A stretch of DNA of 64,000 nucleotides from an uncultured virus (IMG/VR IMGVR_UViG_3300023231_000362) (taxonomy: Duplodnaviria; Heunggongvirae; Uroviricota; Caudoviricetes), in the IMG/VR virus record IMGVR_UViG_3300023231_000362. The stretch is one strand, 5' to 3'. The notes under the pieces are model-generated. The model saw nothing but the letters and a program-made list of their open reading frames with translations, made no database searches and was not told where the DNA came from. Positions 19,822 through 30,138 of the stretch are shown one piece after another. The translations under genes and the position numbers were made by a program. Every line of letters starts with the position of its first letter. Positions within the stretch are counted from its first letter, which is position 1.

Positions 19822-21405
19822 GTGGCAATTTTACAAATATCTCGAATACAACACAGACGTGGAACATCAGATAACCTACCGCAGTTATCAGCGGCAGAAC
19901 TTGGCTGGTCGGTAGACAACAGAAGGTTATACATTGGTAACGGCACACTTGAAGAGGGTGCGCCTGCACTAGGCAACACACAGATCCTGACAGAGTTTAG
20001 TGATTTACTAAACACGAGCCAAGTGTACACTTATGTGGGCGAACAGTCTGGTTACGTAGTAACAACAGGCACAAGTTCAAGCACCCCTGTTGAGAGATCA
20101 CTACAGAAAAAGTTTGATGACTTTATAAATGTTAGAGACTTTGGCGCAGTGGGTGATGGTGAGTCAGACGACACAGCCGCTATTAATAGAGCACTCTTTC
20201 AGTTGTATTGTAGAGAAGTTAACGAAGAAATCCGCAGATCTCTTTACTTTCCAGCAGGGATTTATAAAATTACAGGCGATGTAATTAAGATTCCTACTTA
20301 CGCTAAACTAATCGGCGAAGGCGCAGAAAGCACAATCTTTAAGCAAACAGATTCAGGACAATCTTATGTGTTTAAGACGGCAGATAGTTTACAACAAATA
20401 GATGCCAGTATTGCAACTAATGCAGCCACAAGACCAGAATTTATTGAAGTGTCTGGGTGTACATTCTGGAACAGCACAACTGAACACGTTGGTTTAGTTT
20501 CCTCTGCCCAGCACATACATTTTGATGATGTTAAATTTAAAGGCAATCTAACGTTGCCAATATCAGTTAGTGACGCAAAGGCATGCCTTCAGATAGAATC
20601 AACAGCAGTATTAGTTACAGAGCACGTTACATTTGATAATTGCTACTTTACAAACAACACATTTGGTATTGAGGTAGACTACAATTGTAGAAACGTTGTT
20701 GTGCAGAATAGTTACTTCGACGAACTCTATAAAGGAGTTAAGTTGGGCGAAAGTCTAACAGGATCTTCTCCCCAGGACGAAGGACCACGTGGTTTTAAAG
20801 TAACAGGTAGTTACTTTGATAGAATTGCTAACATGGGTATTCACACATATTCCTCTATTAAACACGTAGTGTCTGCTTACAACTATTTTTACGAGGTAGG
20901 TAACAACTTTAACGGTGCTGGTAACCAGGCTGCTCCAGTAATATTCTTTGCAAGCGGTGGTAACTTTAGTATAGGTGATGCATTCGAACGTAACGACACA
21001 GACGATTTAGATCAGCCTAGAATTAGTATAGCCAATGTTTCTAATTATGGCCAGGTTGCTGGCAATAGCATCCAATATGGTGCGCATAGACAGGAAGCAG
21101 GTCTGTCAGTAACTCTTAATGATAATCAGTCAACAACGTTAACAGGCATTACACTTGCAGACAACAAATATACACACGGTGCTATTATTGACTACAGCAT
21201 TGTTCGTGCAACAACTTTTAGAACAGGAACATTACACATAGCCCATGGCACAACTGTTGGTTACAGCGAGGATTTTTCAGAAGATTCTGCAACTGGTGTA
21301 ACACTCACTGTTACATTTGCTACCAACACAAGTACCATTAACTATGCAACAACATCAACCGGCAGTAACGCCACAATGAAATATTCAATTAGATACCTAT
21401 ATTAA
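19822..21405 (+). CDS. Tailspike/tail fibre with pectate-lyase-like beta-helix
   Basis: N-terminal IQHRRG...ELGW...LYIGNG; NVRDFGAVGDGESDDTAAI; LYFPAGIY. Confidence 0.8.
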   Translation: MAILQISRIQHRRGTSDNLPQLSAAELGWSVDNRRLYIGNGTLEEGAPALGNTQILTEFSDLLNTSQVYTYVGEQSGYVVTTGTSSSTPVERSLQKKFDDFINVRDFGAVGDGESDDTAAINRALFQLYCREVNEEIRRSLYFPAGIYKITGDVIKIPTYAKLIGEGAESTIFKQTDSGQSYVFKTADSLQQIDASIATNAATRPEFIEVSGCTFWNSTTEHVGLVSSAQHIHFDDVKFKGNLTLPISVSDAKACLQIESTAVLVTEHVTFDNCYFTNNTFGIEVDYNCRNVVVQNSYFDELYKGVKLGESLTGSSPQDEGPRGFKVTGSYFDRIANMGIHTYSSIKHVVSAYNYFYEVGNNFNGAGNQAAPVIFFASGGNFSIGDAFERNDTDDLDQPRISIANVSNYGQVAGNSIQYGAHRQEAGLSVTLNDNQSTTLTGITLADNKYTHGAIIDYSIVRATTFRTGTLHIAHGTTVGYSEDFSEDSATGVTLTVTFATNTSTINYATTSTGSNATMKYSIRYLY

Positions 21406-21414
21406 TAGATCAAA

Positions 21415-21960
21415 ATGATCTGGCAGCACCAAAAAATTTCAGAGTGCGTGAGTGATCTTCCTTTAGGCGCAAGATTCAAAAGAAAACATTTGATGATGCA
21501 CTACGGAAAACAGTCAGCCTATGGTCATATGCTCCTATAATAAACACCTGTATGGACTTTACGGGTCATAAGTCCTGGCCTGATCCCTGGGAACTATTAG
21601 AGGACTCTGGCTATGATGAATTTGCTAAAGCTCTTGGTATGCTGTATACTTTGTTTTTAAGTGGACACGATGATCATAGCAGCTATGTTATAATAATATT
21701 ACTTAATTGGGTTATAGTAACATTTAAGCCGCATCTTTTGGATAGTATCCAAAAAAACTTGTATATAACCCACTATGTATTATTAATAGGGTTAAACAGG
21801 GACCAGGGAAAATATTACTATATAGTATCTGTCAGACGATGGAAAATATATACTTAATTATGAGTGGGACAGTGTAGTAAATACTCAACAAATAGATCCA
21901 GGGGTTAAAATAATGTACCAATACACTCCTCAAGATTTACATTTAGACCAATATATGTGA
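21415..21960 (+). pseudogene. Disrupted phage gene containing a WPDPWELL motif
   Basis: Coding-like segments lie in three frames: shift at A6 21431-21436, TGA at 21453, apparent 90-bp insert, +1 shift at 21834. Confidence 0.6.
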
Positions 21961-21967
21961 GGCATCA

Positions 21968-24262
21968 ATGAGCAAAATTTTAGTAACGAAACGAGAAGGT
22001 CACAAAGAACCTCTAAACATAGAAAAAATGCATAAAGTTGTCATGTGGGCAACCGACGGAATTACAGGCGTAAGTGCCAGCGAAGTGGAAATAAAATCAA
22101 GCCTACAGTTTTATGATGGTATTAAGACATCAGATGTCCAGGAAACACTTATTAAAAGTGCCGCTGATCTTATTTCAGAGGAGAACCCTAACTACCAGTA
22201 TGTTGCTGGTAGGCTAATAAACTATCATATCAGAAAACAAGTTTATAACGATTACGATCCCTGGGACCTAAAGCGTATTGTGGAAGCAAACGTGAAACGT
22301 GGCTATTATGATAGTGAATTGTTAGAGGTATACTCAACTGAAGAATGGAAAAAGTTAAACAGTTACATTAATCACGAGCGAGATGAAAACTTTACCTATG
22401 TTGCTATGGAACAGTTTAGGGGAAAATATCTTGTACAGAATCGTGTAACTAAAGATTTGTACGAAACTCCACAAGTGTGTTACATGTTAATTGCGGCAAC
22501 CCTGTTCCAAAACTATCCTAAAGAAACAAGATTACAATGGGTACATGATTATTACGATGCTATTAGTACCCACTTGATTAGTTTACCAACTCCTGTTATG
22601 GCAGGTGTACGCACACCGCAAAAACAATTCAGCAGTTGTGTATTAATCGAAACAGATGACAGTCTAGATAGTATTAATGCAACAGCGAGTGCTATTGTAA
22701 AATATGTTTCGCAAAAGGCAGGTATTGGCATCGGCGCAGGTCGCATCCGTGCTATTAACTCACCAGTGCGTAATGGTGATGCGTCCCACACAGGTGTTAT
22801 CCCGTTTCTTAAATTATTCCAGAGTGCAGTGAAGTCATGTAGTCAGGGCGGGGTTCGTGGTGGAGCGGCAACAATATACTATCCATTATGGCACCTAGAA
22901 GTAGAAGATTTGTTAGTATTAAAGAACAACAAAGGCACAGAAGATAACAGAGTACGCCACATGGATTATGGGGTTCAATTTAACAAATTAATGTACGAAA
23001 GACTTATCCAAGGGGGAGATATTACCCTGTTTTCGCCCAACGATGTACCGGAATTGTACGAAGCATTCTATGTTAACGCCGACAAGTTTAAAGAGTTGTA
23101 TGAGCAAGCAGAGCGTAAAACAAGTATACGCAAAAAGAAAGTTAAAGCAATTGATCTGTTTACTGCCTTTATGCAAGAACGCAAGGATACAGGGCGTGTC
23201 TACTTAATGAACGTTGACCATGCTAATACACACTCACCGTTTAAACCAGATGTAGCACCTATTAGGCAGAGTAACTTATGTTGCGAAATTGACTTGCCTA
23301 CTAAACCTCTTAAAAGTTTTGAGGATCCAGACGGTAGAATAGCATTATGTACACTAAGTGCAATTAACTGGGGTGCTATTAAGACACCTGAAGATTTTGA
23401 GAAACCCTGTAGGTTAGCAGTACGTGGATTAGATGCCTTACTGAGCTATCAGGGATATCCAGTAAAGGCGGCAGAAGAAGCAACCCGAGAATACAGACCA
23501 CTAGGTGTGGGTATTATTAATCTTGCTTACTGGTTAGCAAAGAACGACACGAGCTACAGTGATCCTCGAGCATTGGAATTAGTAGATCAATATGCAGAAG
23601 CATGGAGTTACTATTTAATTAGAGCAAGCATGGAACTTGCTAAAGAATTTGGTCGATGTGATGGGTTCCAAAACTTAAAGTATGCAGATGGCATACTACC
23701 AATCGATACTTACAAACGTGATGTGGATGAACTTGTTAAGCCCAAAAAACGACAGTTTGATTGGGACTACTTGCGCAAAGAGATTAAAGAACATGGTATA
23801 CGTAATGCAACCCTAATGGCATTGATGCCTGCAGAAACGAGTGCTCAGATTAGTAATGCTACTAATGGTATTGAGCCACCACGTAGTTTTGTTAGCGTTA
23901 AGCAGAGCAAGGACGGGGTACTTAAGCAGGTAGTGCCTGAGTATCGTCGACTTAAGAATAAATATGAATTGCTGTGGGATCAAAGAGATCCAACTGGTTA
24001 CATAAAAATCATGGCAGTATTACAGAAGTACATCGATCAAGGTATTAGTGTTAACACCAGTTACAATCCACAGTGGTATGAAGATGAAAAGATACCAATG
24101 AGTGATATGCTAAAACATCTTATGATGTTTTATAAGTACGGTGGCAAGCAGTTGTATTACTTCAACACCTATGATGGTCAAGGTGAAATAGATGTTAATA
24201 AACTAGAAGAACTACAACCTGGTGAGTTAGATGACGAAGCCTGCGAAAGTTGCGTAATATAA
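21968..24262 (+). CDS. nrdA: Ribonucleotide reductase class Ia, alpha subunit
   Basis: ATP cone, FSSC, SNLCCE, C-terminal CESC; no intein or intron seen. Confidence 0.97.
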   Translation: MSKILVTKREGHKEPLNIEKMHKVVMWATDGITGVSASEVEIKSSLQFYDGIKTSDVQETLIKSAADLISEENPNYQYVAGRLINYHIRKQVYNDYDPWDLKRIVEANVKRGYYDSELLEVYSTEEWKKLNSYINHERDENFTYVAMEQFRGKYLVQNRVTKDLYETPQVCYMLIAATLFQNYPKETRLQWVHDYYDAISTHLISLPTPVMAGVRTPQKQFSSCVLIETDDSLDSINATASAIVKYVSQKAGIGIGAGRIRAINSPVRNGDASHTGVIPFLKLFQSAVKSCSQGGVRGGAATIYYPLWHLEVEDLLVLKNNKGTEDNRVRHMDYGVQFNKLMYERLIQGGDITLFSPNDVPELYEAFYVNADKFKELYEQAERKTSIRKKKVKAIDLFTAFMQERKDTGRVYLMNVDHANTHSPFKPDVAPIRQSNLCCEIDLPTKPLKSFEDPDGRIALCTLSAINWGAIKTPEDFEKPCRLAVRGLDALLSYQGYPVKAAEEATREYRPLGVGIINLAYWLAKNDTSYSDPRALELVDQYAEAWSYYLIRASMELAKEFGRCDGFQNLKYADGILPIDTYKRDVDELVKPKKRQFDWDYLRKEIKEHGIRNATLMALMPAETSAQISNATNGIEPPRSFVSVKQSKDGVLKQVVPEYRRLKNKYELLWDQRDPTGYIKIMAVLQKYIDQGISVNTSYNPQWYEDEKIPMSDMLKHLMMFYKYGGKQLYYFNTYDGQGEIDVNKLEELQPGELDDEACESCVI

Positions 24263-24275
24263 CCCGAGTGTAATT

Positions 24276-25406
24276 ATGAGCGTTTTTAATATACAGAAAA
24301 AAGATAACCACCTTAAGGCTTTGGCATTCTTAGACCCCAACGGTGGCAGTAGTGTGCAACGATATGACACCGTAAAATATAGACAGTTTGAAAAGTTAAC
24401 TGATAAGCAGTTAGGGTTCTTCTGGCGCCCAGAAGAAGTTGATGTAATGCGTGACTCCAAAGACTTTAAAGACTTAACATCACACGAGCAACACATCTTT
24501 ACCAGTAATCTTAAGAGGCAAATTTTATTAGACAGTGTTCAAGGACGCTCTCCTAATTTAGCATTCCTGCCACTATGCACAATTCCAGAACTTGAAACCT
24601 GGATCCAGACATGGGCGTTTAACGAAACAATTCACAGCCGTAGTTACACACATATTATTCGCAATGTGTACAGCGATCCTGCGAAAGTGTTTGATAGTAT
24701 AACTGACATTAAGGAGATTGTGACCTGCGCAGAAGCAATTACAGGTTACTACGATGACCTTATTAACTACTCACAGTTTTATGGTTTACTGGGAGAAGGA
24801 AACCATATTGTTAATGGTAAGAAATATGACATTAACAAGTATGAACTTAAGAAGAAACTATGGTTAGCCATTAACAGTGTTAATGCGCTGGAAGGCATAC
24901 GCTTCTATGTATCGTTTGCATGCAGTTGGGCATTTGCTGAACTTAAAAAGATGGAAGGTAATGCTAAAATTATTAAGTTTATCGCCCGTGATGAGAATGT
25001 CCACTTGGCAAGTACACAGACTTTACTTAAGATATTGCCTACAGATGACAAAGACTTTGCTAAAATTAAAAAAGAGTGTGAGCATCTAGTAACAGATATT
25101 TTTGTTAGTGCAGTGGAACAAGAGACTTCCTGGGCAGAATATTTGTTTAAAGACGGATCAATGATAGGTCTTAATAAACAACTACTAACAGAATATGTTG
25201 AGTGGTTGGCAAACAAACGCATGACTTCTATTGGTGTATATTCACCATACAAAGTAGGACAAAGTAATCCTTTACCTTGGACACAAAAATGGATTGCAGG
25301 AGCAGAAGTACAAGTAGCACCGCAAGAAGTTGAACTGAGTAGTTATGTTATTGGTGGTACTAAACAAGACGTTGACGAAGATACCTTTAAGGGCATAACT
25401 CTGTGA
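24276..25406 (+). CDS. nrdB: Ribonucleotide reductase class Ia, beta subunit
   Basis: FFWRPEE, ETIHSRSY, RDENVH, VAPQE. Confidence 0.97.
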   Translation: MSVFNIQKKDNHLKALAFLDPNGGSSVQRYDTVKYRQFEKLTDKQLGFFWRPEEVDVMRDSKDFKDLTSHEQHIFTSNLKRQILLDSVQGRSPNLAFLPLCTIPELETWIQTWAFNETIHSRSYTHIIRNVYSDPAKVFDSITDIKEIVTCAEAITGYYDDLINYSQFYGLLGEGNHIVNGKKYDINKYELKKKLWLAINSVNALEGIRFYVSFACSWAFAELKKMEGNAKIIKFIARDENVHLASTQTLLKILPTDDKDFAKIKKECEHLVTDIFVSAVEQETSWAEYLFKDGSMIGLNKQLLTEYVEWLANKRMTSIGVYSPYKVGQSNPLPWTQKWIAGAEVQVAPQEVELSSYVIGGTKQDVDEDTFKGITL

Positions 25407-26269
25407 AGGTTGCTCGAGCGTTATTTGTTGCGTGGTATAGGATACCACACGCTTGTCTAAGTCTACAGTTTGATCACTATATCAAAGGTATAGATGAAAC
25501 ATACATATTCACAAATTGTGAAAATACTGAGGCTAACCCATTCTTAGATAGAGTTTTATCCAAGTATCTAGACACATCAAAATTTAAATATGTGTTTGAT
25601 GGCGAAATGGATAGTCTATATCCCAGTGTGCGTAACTGGTGGATACCTGGTGATTATAGGAACAGTTGGTTGTACCAACAAGCATTAAAACTTGCCAGTT
25701 TAGATTACATAGATGCAGACGTAATCCTTATACAAGATCCAGATACATTCTGTATTAATCCATATAACTTGTGGGAAGGTGACCTACTTAAGTATTTTAT
25801 ACTACCCAACGAGACTCACAGTCTTGCTTACTACCAAACACTGCAAAATGCATTAGGTATTGAGAGACAAGTGCCACACAGTTTTGTTACAGAATTCATG
25901 CCAGTATATAAAGAGGACTGGCTAAGTCTCAAGCATGAGCTCATAGCAAGAAATAACTGCGATCCGTTTGATGCGATAATTAATAATGTTCCTGAGGATC
26001 CACTCAGTGTTCCTACTCCAAACATAAAATGGTTTAGTGAGTATGAGCTACTGGGTAACTGGATTATGACACAACGTGAAGTTGCTCTAATGGAACAAAA
26101 ACGTTATAGTTACACACATATAGACGATATTGCTAACACAACAGCGGAAGATCACAATTGTATATGTGATGCTTGTCCAAATTTAGAAGACAGTATCGTA
26201 TTTGACAATAACGAAGAAATAGTCATAAATTTTGATGAAATATTTGGAAAGGTTAAAAAATTCTTATGA
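25403..26269 (+). CDS. Hypothetical protein, possibly GT-A-like
   Basis: WLYQQALKL, DPD, FSEYELLG. Confidence 0.5.
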   Translation: MKVARALFVAWYRIPHACLSLQFDHYIKGIDETYIFTNCENTEANPFLDRVLSKYLDTSKFKYVFDGEMDSLYPSVRNWWIPGDYRNSWLYQQALKLASLDYIDADVILIQDPDTFCINPYNLWEGDLLKYFILPNETHSLAYYQTLQNALGIERQVPHSFVTEFMPVYKEDWLSLKHELIARNNCDPFDAIINNVPEDPLSVPTPNIKWFSEYELLGNWIMTQREVALMEQKRYSYTHIDDIANTTAEDHNCICDACPNLEDSIVFDNNEEIVINFDEIFGKVKKFL

Positions 26270-26526
26270 TAACAATGTACACAAAAGATCATTGCCCTTT
26301 TTGTCAGTATGCGAAAGCCTGGCTAGAGAAGGCAGATATCACATTCGAAGAGAAAAATATTAGTCATAGTCAAGAACTAAGTTCTTGGTTAAAGGAACAG
26401 GGCCATAGAACAGTGCCACAACTATACGTAAAAGATACATTGCTGGTAGAAGGTGGTTACCAAGGACTAGCAAAGTTAGATGAAAACACAGTTAAACAGA
26501 AAATTAAGGAAATAAATGCTAATTAA
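26266..26526 (+). CDS. Glutaredoxin
   Basis: CPFC, TVPQ, GG. Confidence 0.92.
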   Translation: MITMYTKDHCPFCQYAKAWLEKADITFEEKNISHSQELSSWLKEQGHRTVPQLYVKDTLLVEGGYQGLAKLDENTVKQKIKEINAN

Positions 26527-26815
26527 TACGCCAGAATATAACAAAGGTGACATCGCTACATTTATGTTAGTTACCGGTCAGGAATGCATCGCACGAGTAG
26601 AAGAGTGCCAGGACGACGGATTTTTAGTAGCAAAACCACTGACCTTAATGCCTAGCGGGCAAGGGATGGCTATGGTACAATTGGGTATGACAGCGCAAAT
26701 AAATACAGTAGTGCTAAAGAATCAGCATATTGTGTTTCATGGACCAACAGCCAAAGAAGCCGCTGACGGATATTTACAAAGCACCTCGGGTATACAAATA
26801 GTTAAAGGAGTATAG
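26516..26815 (+). CDS. Small phage protein, possibly Sm/SH3-like
   Basis: LVTGQECIAR...KPL...Y..STSGI. Confidence 0.55.
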   Translation: MLINTPEYNKGDIATFMLVTGQECIARVEECQDDGFLVAKPLTLMPSGQGMAMVQLGMTAQINTVVLKNQHIVFHGPTAKEAADGYLQSTSGIQIVKGV

Positions 26816-27103
26816 ATGCCAGCAACATCTAGAAGGTCAGATGTTAATTCACACGGCGGCACAATTGTGGGTGTAGTGGTTGAATCTGTAATTGTTGAAG
26901 GACAAGCCTGTGCAGTTATAGGATCTACATTAACACCTGATTCTCTATGCCCACCAGTCGGTGGCGCCCATTGTGGTCCTGTGGTTGTATCAGGTAGTGG
27001 CACAGTAAATGCAGGCGGCCGACCGGTAACAAGAATAGGTGATTCGAATAACTGTGGTGCATCAAATGCAAGTGGTGCGGGCTCAGTAATTACAGGCGGA
27101 TAA
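26816..27103 (+). CDS. PAAR-like spike tip protein
   Basis: Gly-rich PAAR-like repeats (RPVTRIGD) with His/Cys residues. Confidence 0.8.
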   Translation: MPATSRRSDVNSHGGTIVGVVVESVIVEGQACAVIGSTLTPDSLCPPVGGAHCGPVVVSGSGTVNAGGRPVTRIGDSNNCGASNASGAGSVITGG

Positions 27104-28762
27104 ATGACACAACCAAGCACATTAACAGCAACGCAAGGATTGTTAGCCGATGGCGGCTTAGACAATGCTTTTGTGAATACGCTGTTTGCTGCCATGTACA
27201 GTACTGATATTATATCTAAAGCACAGGCGGCTATAACAGATGCTAATGCAGTGAGCGTAGATATAAGTGACCTAGGCAATAATATTATGCCAGGGCTAGT
27301 GGGAAATATACCAAGTGCATACACTACCGTAACACCCACAGGTAGTTTACGTACGGCATATTATAACCATGCTACAACACTATTTGCTTCAGGTGACATC
27401 TCAGGCTTTGGACAGTTTTTTATGCAAGCGTCTGGGTATGCAACTCAGTGCTTTCGCATAATCAAGGACGCAACAAAAAAGAATACAACTGATTTGTCTG
27501 ACTACGGCGCCAAGGTTTCAAAGCAAAGTGACATCAGTACAGGTGGATTAACTGGGTTTTTAACTGTGAACTCGCAAGAAAACTTAACAAAACTAGGCAA
27601 TGATTTTATTGCTATGGGAACTGTATTTGATTACAAGGATTTGGAGTTATACGGCACAGCAAGAGGATTAGCAAAACAATTAATAGACGCAGAATTGCCT
27701 CTGTCAGACCCAATTAAAACCTGGATATCTGGTCTTAATCTAGTTGATGAAATAGATTATTATGATGAACAATATGAAGACATACTCTATGATGTACTAT
27801 CTCTGATAGCAATAGACTCCTCTTTTTATCAGACATTTCAGTACACTCCCAACGAACGATTGGAAAACGTAGTTGATGTATTGTTGCCTTCGACGGCTCT
27901 ACGTACATCTTCAGATTTAGTAACATTTAGTAGTTTTACCGAAGTGGCACAAGCATTAAACACATTTACATTTTTAAAACTTCAAGATAATATTGCATTT
28001 GGAAACACCATTAGGCAAGTTACCACTTCAGGACCACTTGCTAATTTAGATGTTGTTACTACTCCTATACAAACAACAACTTTTACTGCCCTGTTAGCAC
28101 AACTAGGAACAGGTAGTGGGCTGTATGGACAACCAACTTTAAGAGATATTATAGGTCCTGTATCAGGCTGGCTACTTGAAGCACGTTTAACTCGTATTGC
28201 CACCGCCTTAACTGTTATAAGTGCAAGCTCAGATGGACTTAATCTAATATCAGGATATGAGCGCATCACTAATGTAGCAACAGATGTATATGGGGAACCA
28301 GACGGGTCAACACTGTCAGTAATAGTACCAGCAGGTGTTGGTGCAGGATCATATGGCTCTTATTCGGATGCTATAAGTGCTATCGAAACAGGGCTAGACG
28401 CCTACTACAACAACTTGCGTTCTTTTCTTGCGATTGGCAGTCTGGAACTCAGAGAAGCCTGCGAAACTGTACACACAGATTACGATGCTATAGCAAAACA
28501 AGTTTCAGACTCAAAGTCATTATTGTCTAAAGCTGGTATAGATACAGCACAATTCTCATCAAATAAAAACACTATTCTTGCGTTTGCCGGGTCACTTGAA
28601 TCTTTCGGTGTTGATCTTGATGATCTGGGAACTAGGGATATATTGTTAGGCATGGTCGAATCAAACATAACAGGTGATGCAATCAAATCAAGTGTATACT
28701 CTGGACAAAATCAGACAGTTCTGACGACTGCGGGCATAATACCAAACGCAATGCAAGGTTGA
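27104..28762 (+). CDS. Putative tail or baseplate-associated protein
   Basis: 552 aa, A/G/S/T-rich, directly after the PAAR gene. Confidence 0.5.
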   Translation: MTQPSTLTATQGLLADGGLDNAFVNTLFAAMYSTDIISKAQAAITDANAVSVDISDLGNNIMPGLVGNIPSAYTTVTPTGSLRTAYYNHATTLFASGDISGFGQFFMQASGYATQCFRIIKDATKKNTTDLSDYGAKVSKQSDISTGGLTGFLTVNSQENLTKLGNDFIAMGTVFDYKDLELYGTARGLAKQLIDAELPLSDPIKTWISGLNLVDEIDYYDEQYEDILYDVLSLIAIDSSFYQTFQYTPNERLENVVDVLLPSTALRTSSDLVTFSSFTEVAQALNTFTFLKLQDNIAFGNTIRQVTTSGPLANLDVVTTPIQTTTFTALLAQLGTGSGLYGQPTLRDIIGPVSGWLLEARLTRIATALTVISASSDGLNLISGYERITNVATDVYGEPDGSTLSVIVPAGVGAGSYGSYSDAISAIETGLDAYYNNLRSFLAIGSLELREACETVHTDYDAIAKQVSDSKSLLSKAGIDTAQFSSNKNTILAFAGSLESFGVDLDDLGTRDILLGMVESNITGDAIKSSVYSGQNQTVLTTAGIIPNAMQG

Positions 28763-28787
28763 CAAGCTAGCCGAGCGGTTATATAAT
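28759..28787 (+). promoter_or_regulatory. Sigma70 consensus early promoter
   Basis: TTGACA-17 bp-TATAAT. Confidence 0.85.
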
Positions 28788-28817
28788 TACACTATATACT
28801 TACAAAAGGATGCGGAG

Positions 28818-29378
28818 ATGAGGGTTTACGCTACACTTAGTGCAGGAATATTGAGTTTACTGGCTTTCTTAGTAGTAGTACAACAACAACAAGTACAGCA
28901 TGTGGTATCACATGTACCGGTAGTCGACTTAAAGTATTATAACAAAGAGCAATTAGGGTGCCTCTACCAAAACATATACCACGAAGCACGTAATCAACCC
29001 AGAGCAGGGCAGTTGGCAGTAATGTATGTAACACTTAACCGTGTTACTGACCATCGGTATCCTAACACAATATGTGAAGTAGTGATGCAAGGTCCTCATC
29101 AACCTAGTTGGAAAAGCATAAAAAAACTAGTACCCGTCAAACATCAGTGCCAATTTAGTTGGTACTGTGATGGCAAGTCAGATACATTAATTAATTCTGC
29201 ATCATTTGGTGCTATTAAGATGTTAGTGGGCGACGTATTATTGGGTAAAACACAGATGATAGACATAACTGACGGTGCAACCCATTACCATGCTACCTAT
29301 GTGAGTCCATCGTGGGCCCGTACTATAACAAAGACGGTAGCAATCGAGGATCATATTTTTTACCGTTGGGAAAACTAG
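28818..29378 (+). CDS. SleB/Hydrolase_2 cell wall hydrolase
   Basis: N-terminal TM; NIYHEARNQ, CQFSW, GATHYHATYV, HIFY. Confidence 0.9.
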   Translation: MRVYATLSAGILSLLAFLVVVQQQQVQHVVSHVPVVDLKYYNKEQLGCLYQNIYHEARNQPRAGQLAVMYVTLNRVTDHRYPNTICEVVMQGPHQPSWKSIKKLVPVKHQCQFSWYCDGKSDTLINSASFGAIKMLVGDVLLGKTQMIDITDGATHYHATYVSPSWARTITKTVAIEDHIFYRWEN

Positions 29379-29641
29379 TACGTCAAAGTAAAGTACAAGA
29401 TGTCGTCCTCATCATCTAAAAATATCAGGTATTCGCCCTGGGATCGCCAGGGAGTGTGTTGCCATGCCCAACGACCGTTGGCATGTTCCATAAACCATTT
29501 AAAGCACTTTATGGATTTTTCTTCGCCTTGTATTAAACGACAGAATCGGTAACCACCTTCGCTTGTTCTAATTCGGTGGTCTGCGAGATGCCCGGCACGT
29601 AATGTGTTAAGTATTGACATATGAATAGAATGACTGTACAC
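29375..29641 (-). CDS. Hypothetical protein
   Basis: Fills the gap; minus-strand TAAATA upstream; true start may be 29620. Confidence 0.55.
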   Translation of the reverse strand: MYSHSIHMSILNTLRAGHLADHRIRTSEGGYRFCRLIQGEEKSIKCFKWFMEHANGRWAWQHTPWRSQGEYLIFLDDEDDILYFTLTY

Positions 29642-29673
29642 TATTTACATATAAAAACTATTAGAGGGGAAAA

Positions 29674-29817
29674 ATGACTTCAGTAATTAACAGGCTAAAA
29701 AAACGTAATCCGTATGCAAAAGAATTGCTAAATCGGCAGGGTCCTTACAAGGCTAAAGTAGAGCAAGATCGTACCAAGCATACTCGTAAAACTAAGCATA
29801 AGAACCAGGAGCTCTAA
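29674..29817 (+). CDS. 47-aa basic protein, ArfA-like
   Basis: Hand-translated MTSVINRLKKRNPYAKELLNRQGPYKAKVEQDRTKHTRKTKHKNQEL; GAGGGG SD. Confidence 0.55.
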   Translation: MTSVINRLKKRNPYAKELLNRQGPYKAKVEQDRTKHTRKTKHKNQEL

Positions 29818-29924
29818 TGTCAGATCAATGGGCATGTAGTGGTGGCAAAGAATCATGGGATGGACATCCATTGGTGTATATACCAAATGGTGAGTCTTGT
29901 CCTTACTGTGGAGAGAAAAAATGA
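29817..29924 (+). CDS. 35-aa zf-CHCC zinc-finger protein
   Basis: Hand-translated C-SGG...GHPLVY...CPYCG; overlaps both neighbours. Confidence 0.7.
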   Translation: MSDQWACSGGKESWDGHPLVYIPNGESCPYCGEKK

Positions 29925-30127
29925 CTGATAAAAAACTAGATGAAGATTGGGACGATGAAGAACTTGTAGACTTTGACGAAGAACTATTGCCAGGACTACA
30001 GGACATGCTTGCCAGCATTGCGGCAAACACATACGATACTCACAAGAAGTTTTGGTATGCAGATAATATATCTCAAGAGCAACGAGACCTATACATGTAT
30101 TTGCCAAGAAATCGACAAGAACATTAA
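29921..30127 (+). CDS. Acidic hypothetical protein
   Basis: ATGA coupling; MTDKKLDEDW. Confidence 0.55.
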   Translation: MTDKKLDEDWDDEELVDFDEELLPGLQDMLASIAANTYDTHKKFWYADNISQEQRDLYMYLPRNRQEH

Positions 30128-30138
30128 ATACTCATACT

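Noticed and set aside
21453..21455. TGA-to-Trp recoding
   Set aside because: TGA terminates many intact genes (for example nrdB) and the same locus has frameshifts, so decay explains it better
21968..25406. Introns or inteins in nrdA/nrdB
   Set aside because: Both ORFs are uninterrupted and of normal length
26737..27339. 200-aa minus-strand ORF and similar antisense ORFs
   Set aside because: They overlap well-supported + strand genes and show no motifs
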